64,000 nucleotides of DNA from an uncultured Acidobacteriaceae bacterium. GTDB lineage: Bacteria; Acidobacteriota; Terriglobia; Terriglobales; Acidobacteriaceae. This document shows positions 35,507 to 45,145 of this stretch, piece by piece. Position 1 is the stretch's first letter. Every line of letters starts with the position of its first letter. The notes under the pieces were generated by a model. The model did no database searches. It saw nothing but the letters and a program-made list of their open reading frames with translations, and had not been told where the DNA came from. The stretch spans positions 476,989 to 540,988 of the forward strand of contig CAWIAH010000011.1 of the NCBI GenBank assembly GCA_963834075.1, written 5' to 3'. The translations under genes were made by a program, and so were the position numbers.

Positions 35507-36904
35507 CTAGCCCGCTCGGGCTGGTACGTGTAGTGGGGAGGATTGATTCAGTCCAGCATGGCGATTGGGTAGCTGGTAGGTTAGCCGGTCATTTTCCAGA
35601 GTTGCGTAAGCGATCACGGCCCGATCTTTATTCGGTCCTTCAATCTGCCATTCCTCGCCCTTGCAAACCAGTTTCAACTGGCTTCGCTGTCGCCACCAGG
35701 TATTCGCTTCGCCGGCCAGCGGAATCCACACATTCTGATCCCGACGCAAGCGGGCCAGTAGTCCCAGCAAATCGCTATACATCGCCCGTTCCGGAGCTCC
35801 AGTCAAATAATCAGGATGCACGATGACGTTGATCAGGCCATGCTTTTCGAGAATGATCTTGATCTGACGTTCCCAGAGTTCCGTTCCGTAGGTGTTCAGT
35901 ACGTGAAAGAGAGTGTAATCCTGAGTTGTCGTGACCGGAAGCTCAACCATCTTTCCAATGAAATATGGCATGACGGTGCAGCACCCACCATGCTGTGGAT
36001 CAAGGTGGGCTACATTCGGAACGGAGGAATCGTATTCGAAGTCGAGTTCGTCAAACCACTCCTGGTTCCGGTACAAAATCCCCGCACGGAAGCCGATGGC
36101 GCCCATCTCCCGGCCGTGCTGGTTGATTTTCGCAGCCCGGCGGGTGAATTCCGCATGATCGCGGTAGAGCTGCCCGTCGTGATTGAGATCGTGAACGTTC
36201 ACTTCAAATCCCCGCCGACGCACCTCTTGCAAAAAATCCGCGGTCACCTTATAACGCTTTTCCGGAACGATCTGAAATGCCGCGGGAATATCGAACGAGC
36301 TGTTGATGTCCATCAACTGCGGGCAAAAAGCCACGCCCGCAGCTTCCTCCACATCGTGCGTCATCAGCGCACAGCCGCTCTTGCCTTCCGGCCAGAACCA
36401 AATGAATGGAATGCTTTTTCCGCCATTCGCACGGATGCTTAACGACAGCAACCGCTCCATCAGGTTATCCACGCTCGTGTCCACCGGCCATTTGGGAAAG
36501 CTCATTTCTTGCCAATGCCGCAGGCGGATCTTTTGCAAAGGCCGACGCATTGCGACTGGAAGCAGAGGGCGGACTCGATAATAGGCATCTCGCAGCGCGT
36601 TGGAGACCCATCGCGAGAGCAGGCCGCGATTTGTCCGGGTGTAGCGTTCGTAACGGAAATTGCGTGCTACCTCCGCAGGATCGAACGGAAGCTCGGTACC
36701 CGATCTGTCATGCCGCACATCGCGAATCACGTCGTATAGCTCGCCCCCAGGATGTTTTGAGCGAAACCCCGTGCCCGAGCGCCCATAGCACACGACGTCT
36801 TCGCCAAAGTGGAAGTAGCCCACATCGGTCGACAAGTCCGAAGCCGTGCTGATGGCCACCGCCTCTTCAGGACACCGGTAATAATCTACTAGTTCTGACC
36901 CCAT
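35507..36904 (-). CDS. Polysaccharide deacetylase-like (CE4/NodB-fold-like) protein with long N-terminal extension
   Basis: CALMTHDVEEAAG resembles the metal/acid motif of deacetylases. NVHDLNHDG is His-rich like motif 2. ...VIVHPDY is also present. ATG at 36904, with an adjacent TTG at 36907. The family assignment is tentative. Confidence 0.5.
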   Translation of the reverse strand: MGSELVDYYRCPEEAVAISTASDLSTDVGYFHFGEDVVCYGRSGTGFRSKHPGGELYDVIRDVRHDRSGTELPFDPAEVARNFRYERYTRTNRGLLSRWVSNALRDAYYRVRPLLPVAMRRPLQKIRLRHWQEMSFPKWPVDTSVDNLMERLLSLSIRANGGKSIPFIWFWPEGKSGCALMTHDVEEAAGVAFCPQLMDINSSFDIPAAFQIVPEKRYKVTADFLQEVRRRGFEVNVHDLNHDGQLYRDHAEFTRRAAKINQHGREMGAIGFRAGILYRNQEWFDELDFEYDSSVPNVAHLDPQHGGCCTVMPYFIGKMVELPVTTTQDYTLFHVLNTYGTELWERQIKIILEKHGLINVIVHPDYLTGAPERAMYSDLLGLLARLRRDQNVWIPLAGEANTWWRQRSQLKLVCKGEEWQIEGPNKDRAVIAYATLENDRLTYQLPNRHAGLNQSSPLHVPARAG

Positions 36905-37158
36905 CAAAAACCCTGCTGCCTGAGGCTTGGTTCAACCCGTATATTTTGGTATGACAATCGGCGGATTCGCGCCCCCAAGTACCCGCGGTTATACCGCCTT
37001 TTGATCTGTGGAATCAATAGAATACCGTCGAAAAGCATTACCAACATTCAGATCTTACCCGAAAGACATGCAGGGAGGGCGACTACCATGGCGGCAAAGC
37101 CGTGCAAACCGATCCCTCTGACGGATGGCGGCTTTGCGGGGAGGGACGGGGAAAACCG

Positions 37159-38205
37159 TCAACCGATGTGTTTATACAACATCCTCCCCACCAGAATCAA
37201 TAGGTTATCCGGTAAACGGGATACAACATATCCTCCCCATTTCTGGCTTCGCGACGTCCCGGCATTTTCCTTGACCTCCCGGTGCGGATATTTCCAGTAG
37301 GTCAGGGGCTTATCCTGAGTGCCCCAATTTGACTTGAATTTGAGCAATCCGGGATTGTCCAAATCGGATCGCCCCATGTCGAAGGTGTGGTCTCCCGCGG
37401 CTTTGGCATCGCTAATCGCCTTCCAAAAAAGGTACGGGGTTCCGGCCAGATTGTTGTAAGCGGCGTCAGAGCAGCCATATTTATAGATCATTGTCCGGTT
37501 AAAGGATAAGGTGAGGATTCCCGCAATCACGGTTGCATCCTTGGAGGTTACGCGGATCGTCGCCCGTTCGCCCAGACAGGCGATCAAATTTTCAAACCAG
37601 GTAAGCGGTTGCGGTGGAACCTGGTGTTTGCGCCGGGTTAATAGCAGCAAACCATAGAATTTTTTAAGCAACTCGGGCGAACGGCCCTGTTCGTAGATGA
37701 GATTTTCCTTTTCCGCCCGCCGCAAGCGCCGTTGCACGGAATCTTTATCGCACCCTTTCAACAGCTCGGGCAGGCTGGGCGTCAGGTCGAGAACGTGCAA
37801 GCGGAAACTCTTGCAGATTCGGAAGCCATGCTCCCTGAGCGCGATCCCGCTGTCGTCGAAGGGGCGAATCTCGACCGGCCGTGCTTTATGCTCTATCCCA
37901 TCTTTGGCCGATTCGAGTATGGCGAGGAGATCCTCCGGCCGCTCATAAAGGGGCTGGCAATGATCCGCGAAAGGCACCGACACCACCCGTTGACCGGTCA
38001 ACCAGCTTTTCACCCAGCAGAACACGACTCCGTTGGTCAAAGCGTTGCCAGGTCCGGAGGTGGTCAGGACGAAGGGCTCATAACCATAGCTACGCTGCAG
38101 GCATCTCAACCACTCCGGAGTATGAAAAATCGAGGCCTGGGGCTGCGCTTCGAGAAACTCCGGCCAACGCTGATCGAGAAGTGGATCGATTCGATAAACC
38201 GTCAT
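37159..38205 (-). CDS. FemAB-family / GNAT-fold protein of the type associated with PEP-CTERM/exosortase EPS loci
   Basis: 348 aa. It begins MTVYRIDPLLDQRWPEFLEAQPQASIFHTPEWLRCL and continues ...LLLTRRKHQVPPQP...SFNRTMIYKYGCSD...NWGT. This is the two-lobed Fem-like layout. Confidence 0.65.
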   Translation of the reverse strand: MTVYRIDPLLDQRWPEFLEAQPQASIFHTPEWLRCLQRSYGYEPFVLTTSGPGNALTNGVVFCWVKSWLTGQRVVSVPFADHCQPLYERPEDLLAILESAKDGIEHKARPVEIRPFDDSGIALREHGFRICKSFRLHVLDLTPSLPELLKGCDKDSVQRRLRRAEKENLIYEQGRSPELLKKFYGLLLLTRRKHQVPPQPLTWFENLIACLGERATIRVTSKDATVIAGILTLSFNRTMIYKYGCSDAAYNNLAGTPYLFWKAISDAKAAGDHTFDMGRSDLDNPGLLKFKSNWGTQDKPLTYWKYPHREVKENAGTSRSQKWGGYVVSRLPDNLLILVGRMLYKHIG

Positions 38206-38301
38206 GAAGAAAGTTCCAGACTCTTCCTAAGCAGAAATCGGGCACTCTAATGCGAAATAAAGCTTGGAGAGGGGAAAGAAGAAATTGCTTTCGTGGCGCC
38301 G

Positions 38302-39639
38302 CTAACGGCCGCGGGCCATCGCCCGAAGCTTCGGCTGCGCGCCGCTATAGTCCTTTACGGTCATGCGATTGACAATATCCAGGTATTTATCTTGATTGCT
38401 TTCCCAATCGTAAGCCTTGGCAAACTCTGAGGCATTTTTCGCCAGACGGATCCGCATGTCTGGATGGTGAATCATATCCAGCATGGCTTCCGCAAGGGCC
38501 GCGTCGTCCCCGGCACGAAAGAACTTCACCATGGAGTCGTTAAAGTAATAGCGATCGATCTTAGTGGAGGACATGATGACGGGCAGTCCCATCAACATAA
38601 ACTCCAGACTCTTGGTACTGAAAGCTTCGTCGCCGAAGGCATTGTTTCTCTTTGGAATGATGCCCAAATCGGCGTTTTCCATGATCCCCGCCATCTCTCC
38701 AATATCCCGGCTGCCTTGAATGATGACGCGGTCTCCAACCCCCAGGCTCTGCGCCAGTTCGATTAGTCCCGGCACCGCTGGCCCGTCTCCATAGATGTGG
38801 AACTCGGCATTCGGCACCGCATCTTTAATCCGGGCGAGCGCCCGAATGGCAATGTCCACTCCCTGGTGCCAGTTCAGGCTGCCAGGAAAGATCATGATGA
38901 ATTTCTCTTCATTCCGCGTCCGCCCGCGCGGAAAGAATATTTCGCGGTCGGGAAAGTTGAGGATCGCAGTGCAGGCGTCTTCCGATATTGACGGCGTCCG
39001 GCTGACCAGTTTGGCGCGCCAGATATCGTTCGCGGCAATCACATGATCGGCAAACGACGCGGATGCACTCTCGATGGCCAGCATCATGCGAAATAACAGG
39101 CTGGCCTGACCTGCTTCGAACTTGCTGGCGTAGAGTTCCGGCAGCAGGTCGTGGATATCGAGAATGATCTTCGCTCCGCGCAGCTTGGGAAACCAAGCGC
39201 TGAAAACCAGAAAGTCGGGCACCGAATTCACATGCACCAAGTCGTAGCGGATGCCGCGGCGCTTCCACAAGAACCACATGGTCCGAAAGAAGAAACCGAG
39301 TATTCCCAAAAGGTAGGAAAGCTGAGACTTTTCCTTAAAGGACCGGGTCTGAACCCGAAACAGATGAACTCCGTTCACCACCTCTTCCGAAGGGGTAGGG
39401 CCGTCTTTGGAAAGCGCGACGAAATCAACCCGGTCGCCGCGCTTGGCCAGGGTTTCAGCGTAACGCATCACGCGGCCATCCGAGTTATAGACGGTGTACC
39501 CGATCATGCACACGTTTAGCGGGCGCCCCGCCGAATGCGCGGTCTTCTCCCCCGGCTCATGCACCACGGTCTGGACCATTATCGGAGATCGCCCTCCGGG
39601 TAAGCCTATATCTTGCTTCAAACCTGAACTACTAGACAT
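38302..39639 (-). CDS. Glycosyltransferase family 4 (GT-B)
   Basis: VCMIGYTVYNSDGRVMRYAETLAKRGDRVDFVAL... and GIIPKRNNAFGDEAFSTKSLEFMLMGLPVIMS. GGAGGA RBS upstream. Paralogue of 34064-35443. Confidence 0.8.
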   Translation of the reverse strand: MSSSSGLKQDIGLPGGRSPIMVQTVVHEPGEKTAHSAGRPLNVCMIGYTVYNSDGRVMRYAETLAKRGDRVDFVALSKDGPTPSEEVVNGVHLFRVQTRSFKEKSQLSYLLGILGFFFRTMWFLWKRRGIRYDLVHVNSVPDFLVFSAWFPKLRGAKIILDIHDLLPELYASKFEAGQASLLFRMMLAIESASASFADHVIAANDIWRAKLVSRTPSISEDACTAILNFPDREIFFPRGRTRNEEKFIMIFPGSLNWHQGVDIAIRALARIKDAVPNAEFHIYGDGPAVPGLIELAQSLGVGDRVIIQGSRDIGEMAGIMENADLGIIPKRNNAFGDEAFSTKSLEFMLMGLPVIMSSTKIDRYYFNDSMVKFFRAGDDAALAEAMLDMIHHPDMRIRLAKNASEFAKAYDWESNQDKYLDIVNRMTVKDYSGAQPKLRAMARGR

Positions 39640-39947
39640 GGGAACTGTCCTCCGGAACCTCTTCGGTTACCCCCCAATTCGCCGCGGCAATTGGGGGCCG
39701 ACCGCGGGCTGATGACTTGTTCGTGGCGCTTGATCTCGGGAGATGGCGGGAACTTGATGCTTGATCAGAGACGACAACCATGCGTGAGCTAAGACTGGGA
39801 AAATCGAGCGAAGACAATAAGACTTTCGGGCTAAGAGAACGTCGATTGACAGTCCCTTAGCCCGGCTAGTCTAGATCTGGCGGTTAATGCGTAACCGTCA
39901 GGCTAACTTCGTGCAGCAACCTGCTTGTAAAGCATCCGCAGCCCTGA

Positions 39948-41843
39948 CTACTGCACCGTGACGGTTAAGTTCGTCGGTGCTGCTGGCGGCGCAGTGCTGG
40001 TGGAAGACGATGAACTGCTTCCGTAACAATCGCTGGCATTAAAGCTCAATGGACTGCCAGCCCCGCCATCCACGCCTCCCATGGAATCGAGATAGCAATG
40101 CATGGCCGGATTGCCATAAGCATGTCCACCGGGCCCGCTGCCTCCGGTTACATCGGGACCATTCGCCGGATAAGGCATCGAAGTGCCCCACCATGACGGC
40201 TGCCCGGAGAGGTAAAAGGATGGCGGCAGGGTATGCGTCAAAGAACCAGACCAAGTGGTGGTGCCATCGTAATCGCTGTAAATCCCGTGCAATAACGCCG
40301 TGGTCTTCGGACCGGCCCCCGTTCCCGAGCTGTCGGAAGCTTCCCCGTATCCGAAGGTGAACCCGTAGACGGCGCCATCATAGGAACGGCTGCTGGGCGA
40401 AACCAGAAAAGAAGTCCGGCTGGTGCTGAGGCTGTTGGTTTCGGTCGCCCCAATCACATCCCCGACAAAATTGTCGAAGTGCGACAACTCGGAAACCTGC
40501 ACGGCGCGGGCCGCCTGGAAGGCGTAATGGCAAGTGGCGGTCACTGTTCCACGCCCGCTCAGCGGGTTGCAAATGTTTGAGGTTCCCTTATACCAACCGC
40601 GGAAGGAGGTATCGTGCGAAGACGATCCCCATACCGAGTCGAGATAAAGCTGTTCGCCGACATTGCCCTCCCACAAGTTGAAATCTGGGTGCGCTCCGTG
40701 ATGGAGGAAGCCAGACATCAGCACATTGGTGGCACTGGCGTCGAAATTTCCCTGCGAGTAGTTGTAGGAAACTACATTGCCAGCCGCTCCCCAGTTCAGA
40801 ATCACGCCGACATGCTGCCGTTCCAGGATGTTGTTCTCGACCAGCGAAGCCGAGGTCTTCAAAACCAGGAAAATGGCGGAGTCGGTTGAGCCCGGCTCAT
40901 GAGTGTAGGCGTTCGATACGTAGCTGTCGCGAATCTCGTCGCGATACCCCCAGTCCACTTCGATTGGGTTGCCGTCGGAGTAGTTGTATTCGATACCCTT
41001 CGCCCAGCAATAGACGCACTCCGACATATAGATCTGATTGGTATAGCCCGAGTTATTGGCGTAGATTTGCAGATCTTCCAAGCCGGCATGCGTGGCGGAT
41101 GCGCTGAAAGGCACCACCGTGGGACTGCTGGTGTAGGAACCGTACAAGCCAGGAGAAATGGTGACCGTGGAACCGGACACTGCGGTGACCGCGACAACCT
41201 GCCCGCGGGCGCGCTGTCCGCTGGTGCTCCAGCCATCGCACCAGGTGCAACTGCCTTCGGTGCCCCCAATGGTCACAAAGGCCGAGTTATTCGTCTCGCT
41301 GACAACCAGGTAGCTGCCAGCCGAGATGCCGCTAGTGGATGCAACCGTGATGGAGGTCGAACCCGCACTGGCGCCGCCCGTGATGGCGATGCCGCTGTAC
41401 GCCACGCTGCCCCCGCCCATGACCACCGGCGCGTTGCCTGAACCTTTCCCGTTAAGAATCGTCTGGCTGGCGCCCGAGCCGCGCAAGGTCACGTTGGATG
41501 GAACGCTGACATGGCTGCTAATCAAGAATGTGCCTGCGCCCAGCAGAACCGCGTCTCCCGAGGCACAGCTGTTCAGTGCAGACTGGATGCCGGAGGTCGC
41601 ATCCGAGGAGCCGTTGCCATAGGTGGAGGCGTTGATGGTAGCGCAGATCGAAGTGCGGGCCGGAATGCCACCCACACCCACGGTCGACCAATCGATACCG
41701 TAGGGGGCTGGCGCACTCGATGCGCCAGGAAAGCTCGAATCGAGCGGATTAAGGATTCCCGTCCAGGCCTGCCCCAAACAAATGGAAGACAAACACAACA
41801 GAATCGAGATAAGAGGGAGGAACAGCGACAATTTGCGTCTCAA
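39948..41843 (-). CDS. Secreted right-handed parallel beta-helix (pectate-lyase-fold) protein, candidate polysaccharide hydrolase/lyase
   Basis: TTG start with GAGG upstream. Signal peptide MRRKLSLFLPLISILLCLSSICLGQA. The N-terminal block ...ATSGIQSALNSCASGDAVLLGAGTFLISSHVSVPSNVTLRGSGASQTILNG is typical of Pectate_lyase_3/GH28-like beta-helices. Repeated N..xG turns. Ser-rich linker, and the C-terminus ends ...APPAAPTNLTVTVQ. Confidence 0.65.
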   Translation of the reverse strand: MRRKLSLFLPLISILLCLSSICLGQAWTGILNPLDSSFPGASSAPAPYGIDWSTVGVGGIPARTSICATINASTYGNGSSDATSGIQSALNSCASGDAVLLGAGTFLISSHVSVPSNVTLRGSGASQTILNGKGSGNAPVVMGGGSVAYSGIAITGGASAGSTSITVASTSGISAGSYLVVSETNNSAFVTIGGTEGSCTWCDGWSTSGQRARGQVVAVTAVSGSTVTISPGLYGSYTSSPTVVPFSASATHAGLEDLQIYANNSGYTNQIYMSECVYCWAKGIEYNYSDGNPIEVDWGYRDEIRDSYVSNAYTHEPGSTDSAIFLVLKTSASLVENNILERQHVGVILNWGAAGNVVSYNYSQGNFDASATNVLMSGFLHHGAHPDFNLWEGNVGEQLYLDSVWGSSSHDTSFRGWYKGTSNICNPLSGRGTVTATCHYAFQAARAVQVSELSHFDNFVGDVIGATETNSLSTSRTSFLVSPSSRSYDGAVYGFTFGYGEASDSSGTGAGPKTTALLHGIYSDYDGTTTWSGSLTHTLPPSFYLSGQPSWWGTSMPYPANGPDVTGGSGPGGHAYGNPAMHCYLDSMGGVDGGAGSPLSFNASDCYGSSSSSSTSTAPPAAPTNLTVTVQ

Positions 41844-42080
41844 TGGATTACCTCGTTAGCGCCCCCGATTGAATACGCAACCACACGCCGCCATGGCGCG
41901 GGCATAACGAGAATTCTGGGGCGGGCTACTCAGAACTGTACGCGATGGCAACCGCGTGGCTCAATGCACGGAAGTACATTCGGGCCACTTGCGGAACTCG
42001 ATAGTTCTTGCCCTTTCGTCACGGTTTTTACCTCGGAAAATCGGTGGTACACCCGCCCCGCATACCCCACGAAATTGTGC

Positions 42081-43670
42081 TTACGACACCAGCTGATTCT
42101 CGGCCTCCGCCACTCCGCCCGGGAGATCATTGACCACCACGGCGCCAGCCCTGGCGGCTGGCGTCTCTCGCTCCCTGAACCAGCCGCGCGGCGCCATGTC
42201 GCGCGCCAACCCGCCGATCTGATGGAGCGGCGAGAGCCCCCGATGCAACCCGATCACCATAACCAAATAGAGCGTCCCAAAAAACGGGCAGATGATCGCA
42301 ATCCGGTCGAGCGCCAGCACCCAGCCGTGGGCCGGAATCCATCCCAACATCCGTGGCATCAGCAGCGCGGTCGAAACTCCCGCCGCCGCGGAAGCCACAA
42401 TGTACTTCCAAACCGCTGCCGCCACGGCTCCCACGCCTAAGTTGATCGGACGGCCCGCATACCAGAATGCCGGCGCCGCCAGCACCCAGAAAGAAATCGT
42501 CCACGCCATGGCGATGCCCTTCGGTCCCCAATGCAGTCCAGCGAGGAAGAGCAATCCGGTGACGCTAAACTCGGCGATTACCCAGCGAAACCAGCGCCCC
42601 GGCGTCCCGATCGAAAGATGAATCCAGCCGATGGTACCGTAGAGCAGCATGATGCCGACCCCGGGCCCAAAATAGGTAAAAATCGGTCCCGCCATCTCCC
42701 ATCTAGGGCCCAAGACAAGCCGGATCACATCCCTGCCGGTCAGGGTAAGCGCCGCGCCCATGCCCATGCCAACAAAGGAGGTCACAGCCAGCGAACTCAA
42801 CAGATATCGGCGAAACTGCGCTGAATGCCGGTCAAAACGGCTGAGCGCGGAAACCGCCACATTGGTTAACGGAGAAACCAGGGCGCTCGCCGAAAATAAG
42901 AACAAATCATAGGCTTTCTTGTAATAACCCAACGCGCCCGCGCCAAACCTCCAACCGACCAGCAGGTTGTCCATGTTGCGGGCGAAGTAGTTCACACTGA
43001 AGCGCCCGTAGATGTTGGTGGCGAAGCGCACTGCCGCGGCCGTCCCCATACCGCTCCGCGGAGCGCTTGGAATCCATTGGCACAAATACCACGCACCCAG
43101 CGATTGCAGCAGCGGACGCGCCACCGCCATGACTACCAGAGCCCAATATCCCCAACCCGCGGAGGCCAGCCCGATGCCGAGCGCAATGGCCAACGCGCCC
43201 GAAACAATGTCGTTCATCGAGGTCGCGCTGAAGCGCAGGGCACGCTTCAGCAGCGCCAGATGAATCACTGAAATGCTGGTAAAGAAAATAGTGAGCGAAA
43301 TGCCAAAGCAAACCCTGGTGACCTGCGGGGTACCATAAAAGCGCGCGATCAGAGGTCCGCAGGCGCAAAAACCCAGCGTCAGCAACGACCCGACGGCGAC
43401 ATTGATCCAGAACAGATTGCTCGCCAGGTAGCGATCCATCTTCTCCCACTGCAAGATGACCTCGGTAAAGCCGTTCAGCCCGAAATTCATCAGCAGCACA
43501 CTGAAGGTGATGACCATGGCCACCAGGCCGAAGTCGCTCGGCGCCAGCAACCGTGCCATCCACACCGTCGAAATAATCTGCAGCGGCACTCCCAGCACCG
43601 ACGACATCACGGTTACCGCCGCACTGCGCACCGCCTTGCGGCGGACTCCGCCGCCATGCTCGATCGACAC
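42081..43670 (-). CDS. wzx: Wzx-type flippase (MOP/polysaccharide biosynthesis protein family)
   Basis: 529 aa with about 12-14 TM helices. N-terminus ...RKAVRSAAVTVMSSVLGVPLQIISTVWMARLLAPSDFGLVAMV is typical of PST-family flippases. Confidence 0.8.
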   Translation of the reverse strand: MSIEHGGGVRRKAVRSAAVTVMSSVLGVPLQIISTVWMARLLAPSDFGLVAMVITFSVLLMNFGLNGFTEVILQWEKMDRYLASNLFWINVAVGSLLTLGFCACGPLIARFYGTPQVTRVCFGISLTIFFTSISVIHLALLKRALRFSATSMNDIVSGALAIALGIGLASAGWGYWALVVMAVARPLLQSLGAWYLCQWIPSAPRSGMGTAAAVRFATNIYGRFSVNYFARNMDNLLVGWRFGAGALGYYKKAYDLFLFSASALVSPLTNVAVSALSRFDRHSAQFRRYLLSSLAVTSFVGMGMGAALTLTGRDVIRLVLGPRWEMAGPIFTYFGPGVGIMLLYGTIGWIHLSIGTPGRWFRWVIAEFSVTGLLFLAGLHWGPKGIAMAWTISFWVLAAPAFWYAGRPINLGVGAVAAAVWKYIVASAAAGVSTALLMPRMLGWIPAHGWVLALDRIAIICPFFGTLYLVMVIGLHRGLSPLHQIGGLARDMAPRGWFRERETPAARAGAVVVNDLPGGVAEAENQLVS

Positions 43671-43720
43671 AAACGCGCCGTCAGGCGTGAATGGCCGCAG
43701 GCTTGTGGCTGCCAGTGGCT

Positions 43721-45145
43721 TCAGACTGCCTCCAGCGACGCGGTAGCCGACACCGGGCTCAGTTCCTGCACCACCGCTTTATTTTTCGAGGCCGTTTTCG
43801 CCTTCGCCATGAGTGGCGGCAGCGCGATCGCCGAGAAAAGGAAATAGAACCAGATGGGCGTGGTCATGCGGAACGTGGCTTCGGTGAAGTTGTAGACCAC
43901 GGCAATGGTGAGGTACACGAGCACAATGCTGCCGGCATGGCGGTTTCGCTTAAATGCCGCATAAGCATTTCGATAGCCCGTGATCAGGATGGTGGCAAAG
44001 AGCAACTCTCCCACCCACCCCAGGTTGAGGTAAATCTCCAGATAGCCGTTGTGCGCCTGGCTGATGTCGGGATCGATCGCCCACATTTTCTCCAACCGCT
44101 TTCCCAGCCAGAAGCTTTCGTATCCAGTTCCAATCACGGGGTTACCGGCCATCGATAAAGCAAGCTTCCAGATCTCGGTACGTCCCGTAAGCGTGGTCGT
44201 ATCCCTGCCGGTGGTATCGGCCATGAGCCCGGCGCCGGCGCCCAGAAACAATACCGAGAAGGAAATCGCAATCATCCCGACTACAAGTAAATGCACCAGC
44301 GCCGGCTTGCGCGCCAGCATCCAGGTATGGGCCATGATCAAGATTCCGGACGCCAGAACCAGGCACGACATCGACGTCACCGAGTTGGCCATGTAAAACA
44401 GCCATGTGATCAGCGCCAGCAACAGCGCGTGGGCCGCTAGACGGCGGGCCCGGTGGCGGGTTGCTTTGCCTTGCAGAATCCCCAACAGGCGCCACACCGA
44501 CGCCACTCCGAACAGCATGCAGATCATGCCCAAAGTGTTCTTGTTGGTGGTGACGCCGCCGTAGGAGTAGGTCCAGGTCCAGCGGTTGTAGGAGCGCCCG
44601 ACATCGGGGTAGTACTTGATGAATAGAATCGAGAGCGGGATGAGAACGAAAGCGCACCGCGAAAGCAGCCGCTTGAGAGCCGCCTCGCGGTCGCGGTCGG
44701 TCAACAGCACGATCACCATTACGATATCGCCGAGACCTTTGATCCAGCGCTTGAGTGCGACGTCGGGATAGGCCGACCACACCGCGCTGACCAGGCAATA
44801 CGTAAAAAACAGGACAATGGGCAGATTCGCCCGCAGCAGTTTCCCAACCTGCTGCCGTCGACCTATCAGGACGATCAACCCGATGAGCAGGAGTCCGGAG
44901 TAGACATTGCGGTCCACCGGATTTCCTTCCAGCGCCGAGGCCGCGGACACGGCGTCGGTTCCTCCCGGTGCGTCGAGATAATGAAACGCCATCAGCCATT
45001 CGGACACGGTGCGGCTGCTGATAATCAACAGCCAGGTCACCGCCACCCACAGTCCGGGCGAGGTTCGGAGCTTGCGGTCGCGATCGAGCCAGAACAGGCC
45101 GCAGATCACGGCGATATAGAGCAGGGTGGCGATCGACTGGTTCAT
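43721..45145 (-). CDS. wzy: O-antigen ligase/Wzy-like polymerase family membrane protein
   Basis: 474 aa and polytopic, with a large periplasmic loop carrying ...TGRTEIWKLALSMAGNPVIGTGYESFWLG... and ...AHNGYLEIYLNLG (Wzy_C/O-antigen ligase signature). ATGA overlap with the upstream gene. Confidence 0.75.
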   Translation of the reverse strand: MNQSIATLLYIAVICGLFWLDRDRKLRTSPGLWVAVTWLLIISSRTVSEWLMAFHYLDAPGGTDAVSAASALEGNPVDRNVYSGLLLIGLIVLIGRRQQVGKLLRANLPIVLFFTYCLVSAVWSAYPDVALKRWIKGLGDIVMVIVLLTDRDREAALKRLLSRCAFVLIPLSILFIKYYPDVGRSYNRWTWTYSYGGVTTNKNTLGMICMLFGVASVWRLLGILQGKATRHRARRLAAHALLLALITWLFYMANSVTSMSCLVLASGILIMAHTWMLARKPALVHLLVVGMIAISFSVLFLGAGAGLMADTTGRDTTTLTGRTEIWKLALSMAGNPVIGTGYESFWLGKRLEKMWAIDPDISQAHNGYLEIYLNLGWVGELLFATILITGYRNAYAAFKRNRHAGSIVLVYLTIAVVYNFTEATFRMTTPIWFYFLFSAIALPPLMAKAKTASKNKAVVQELSPVSATASLEAV

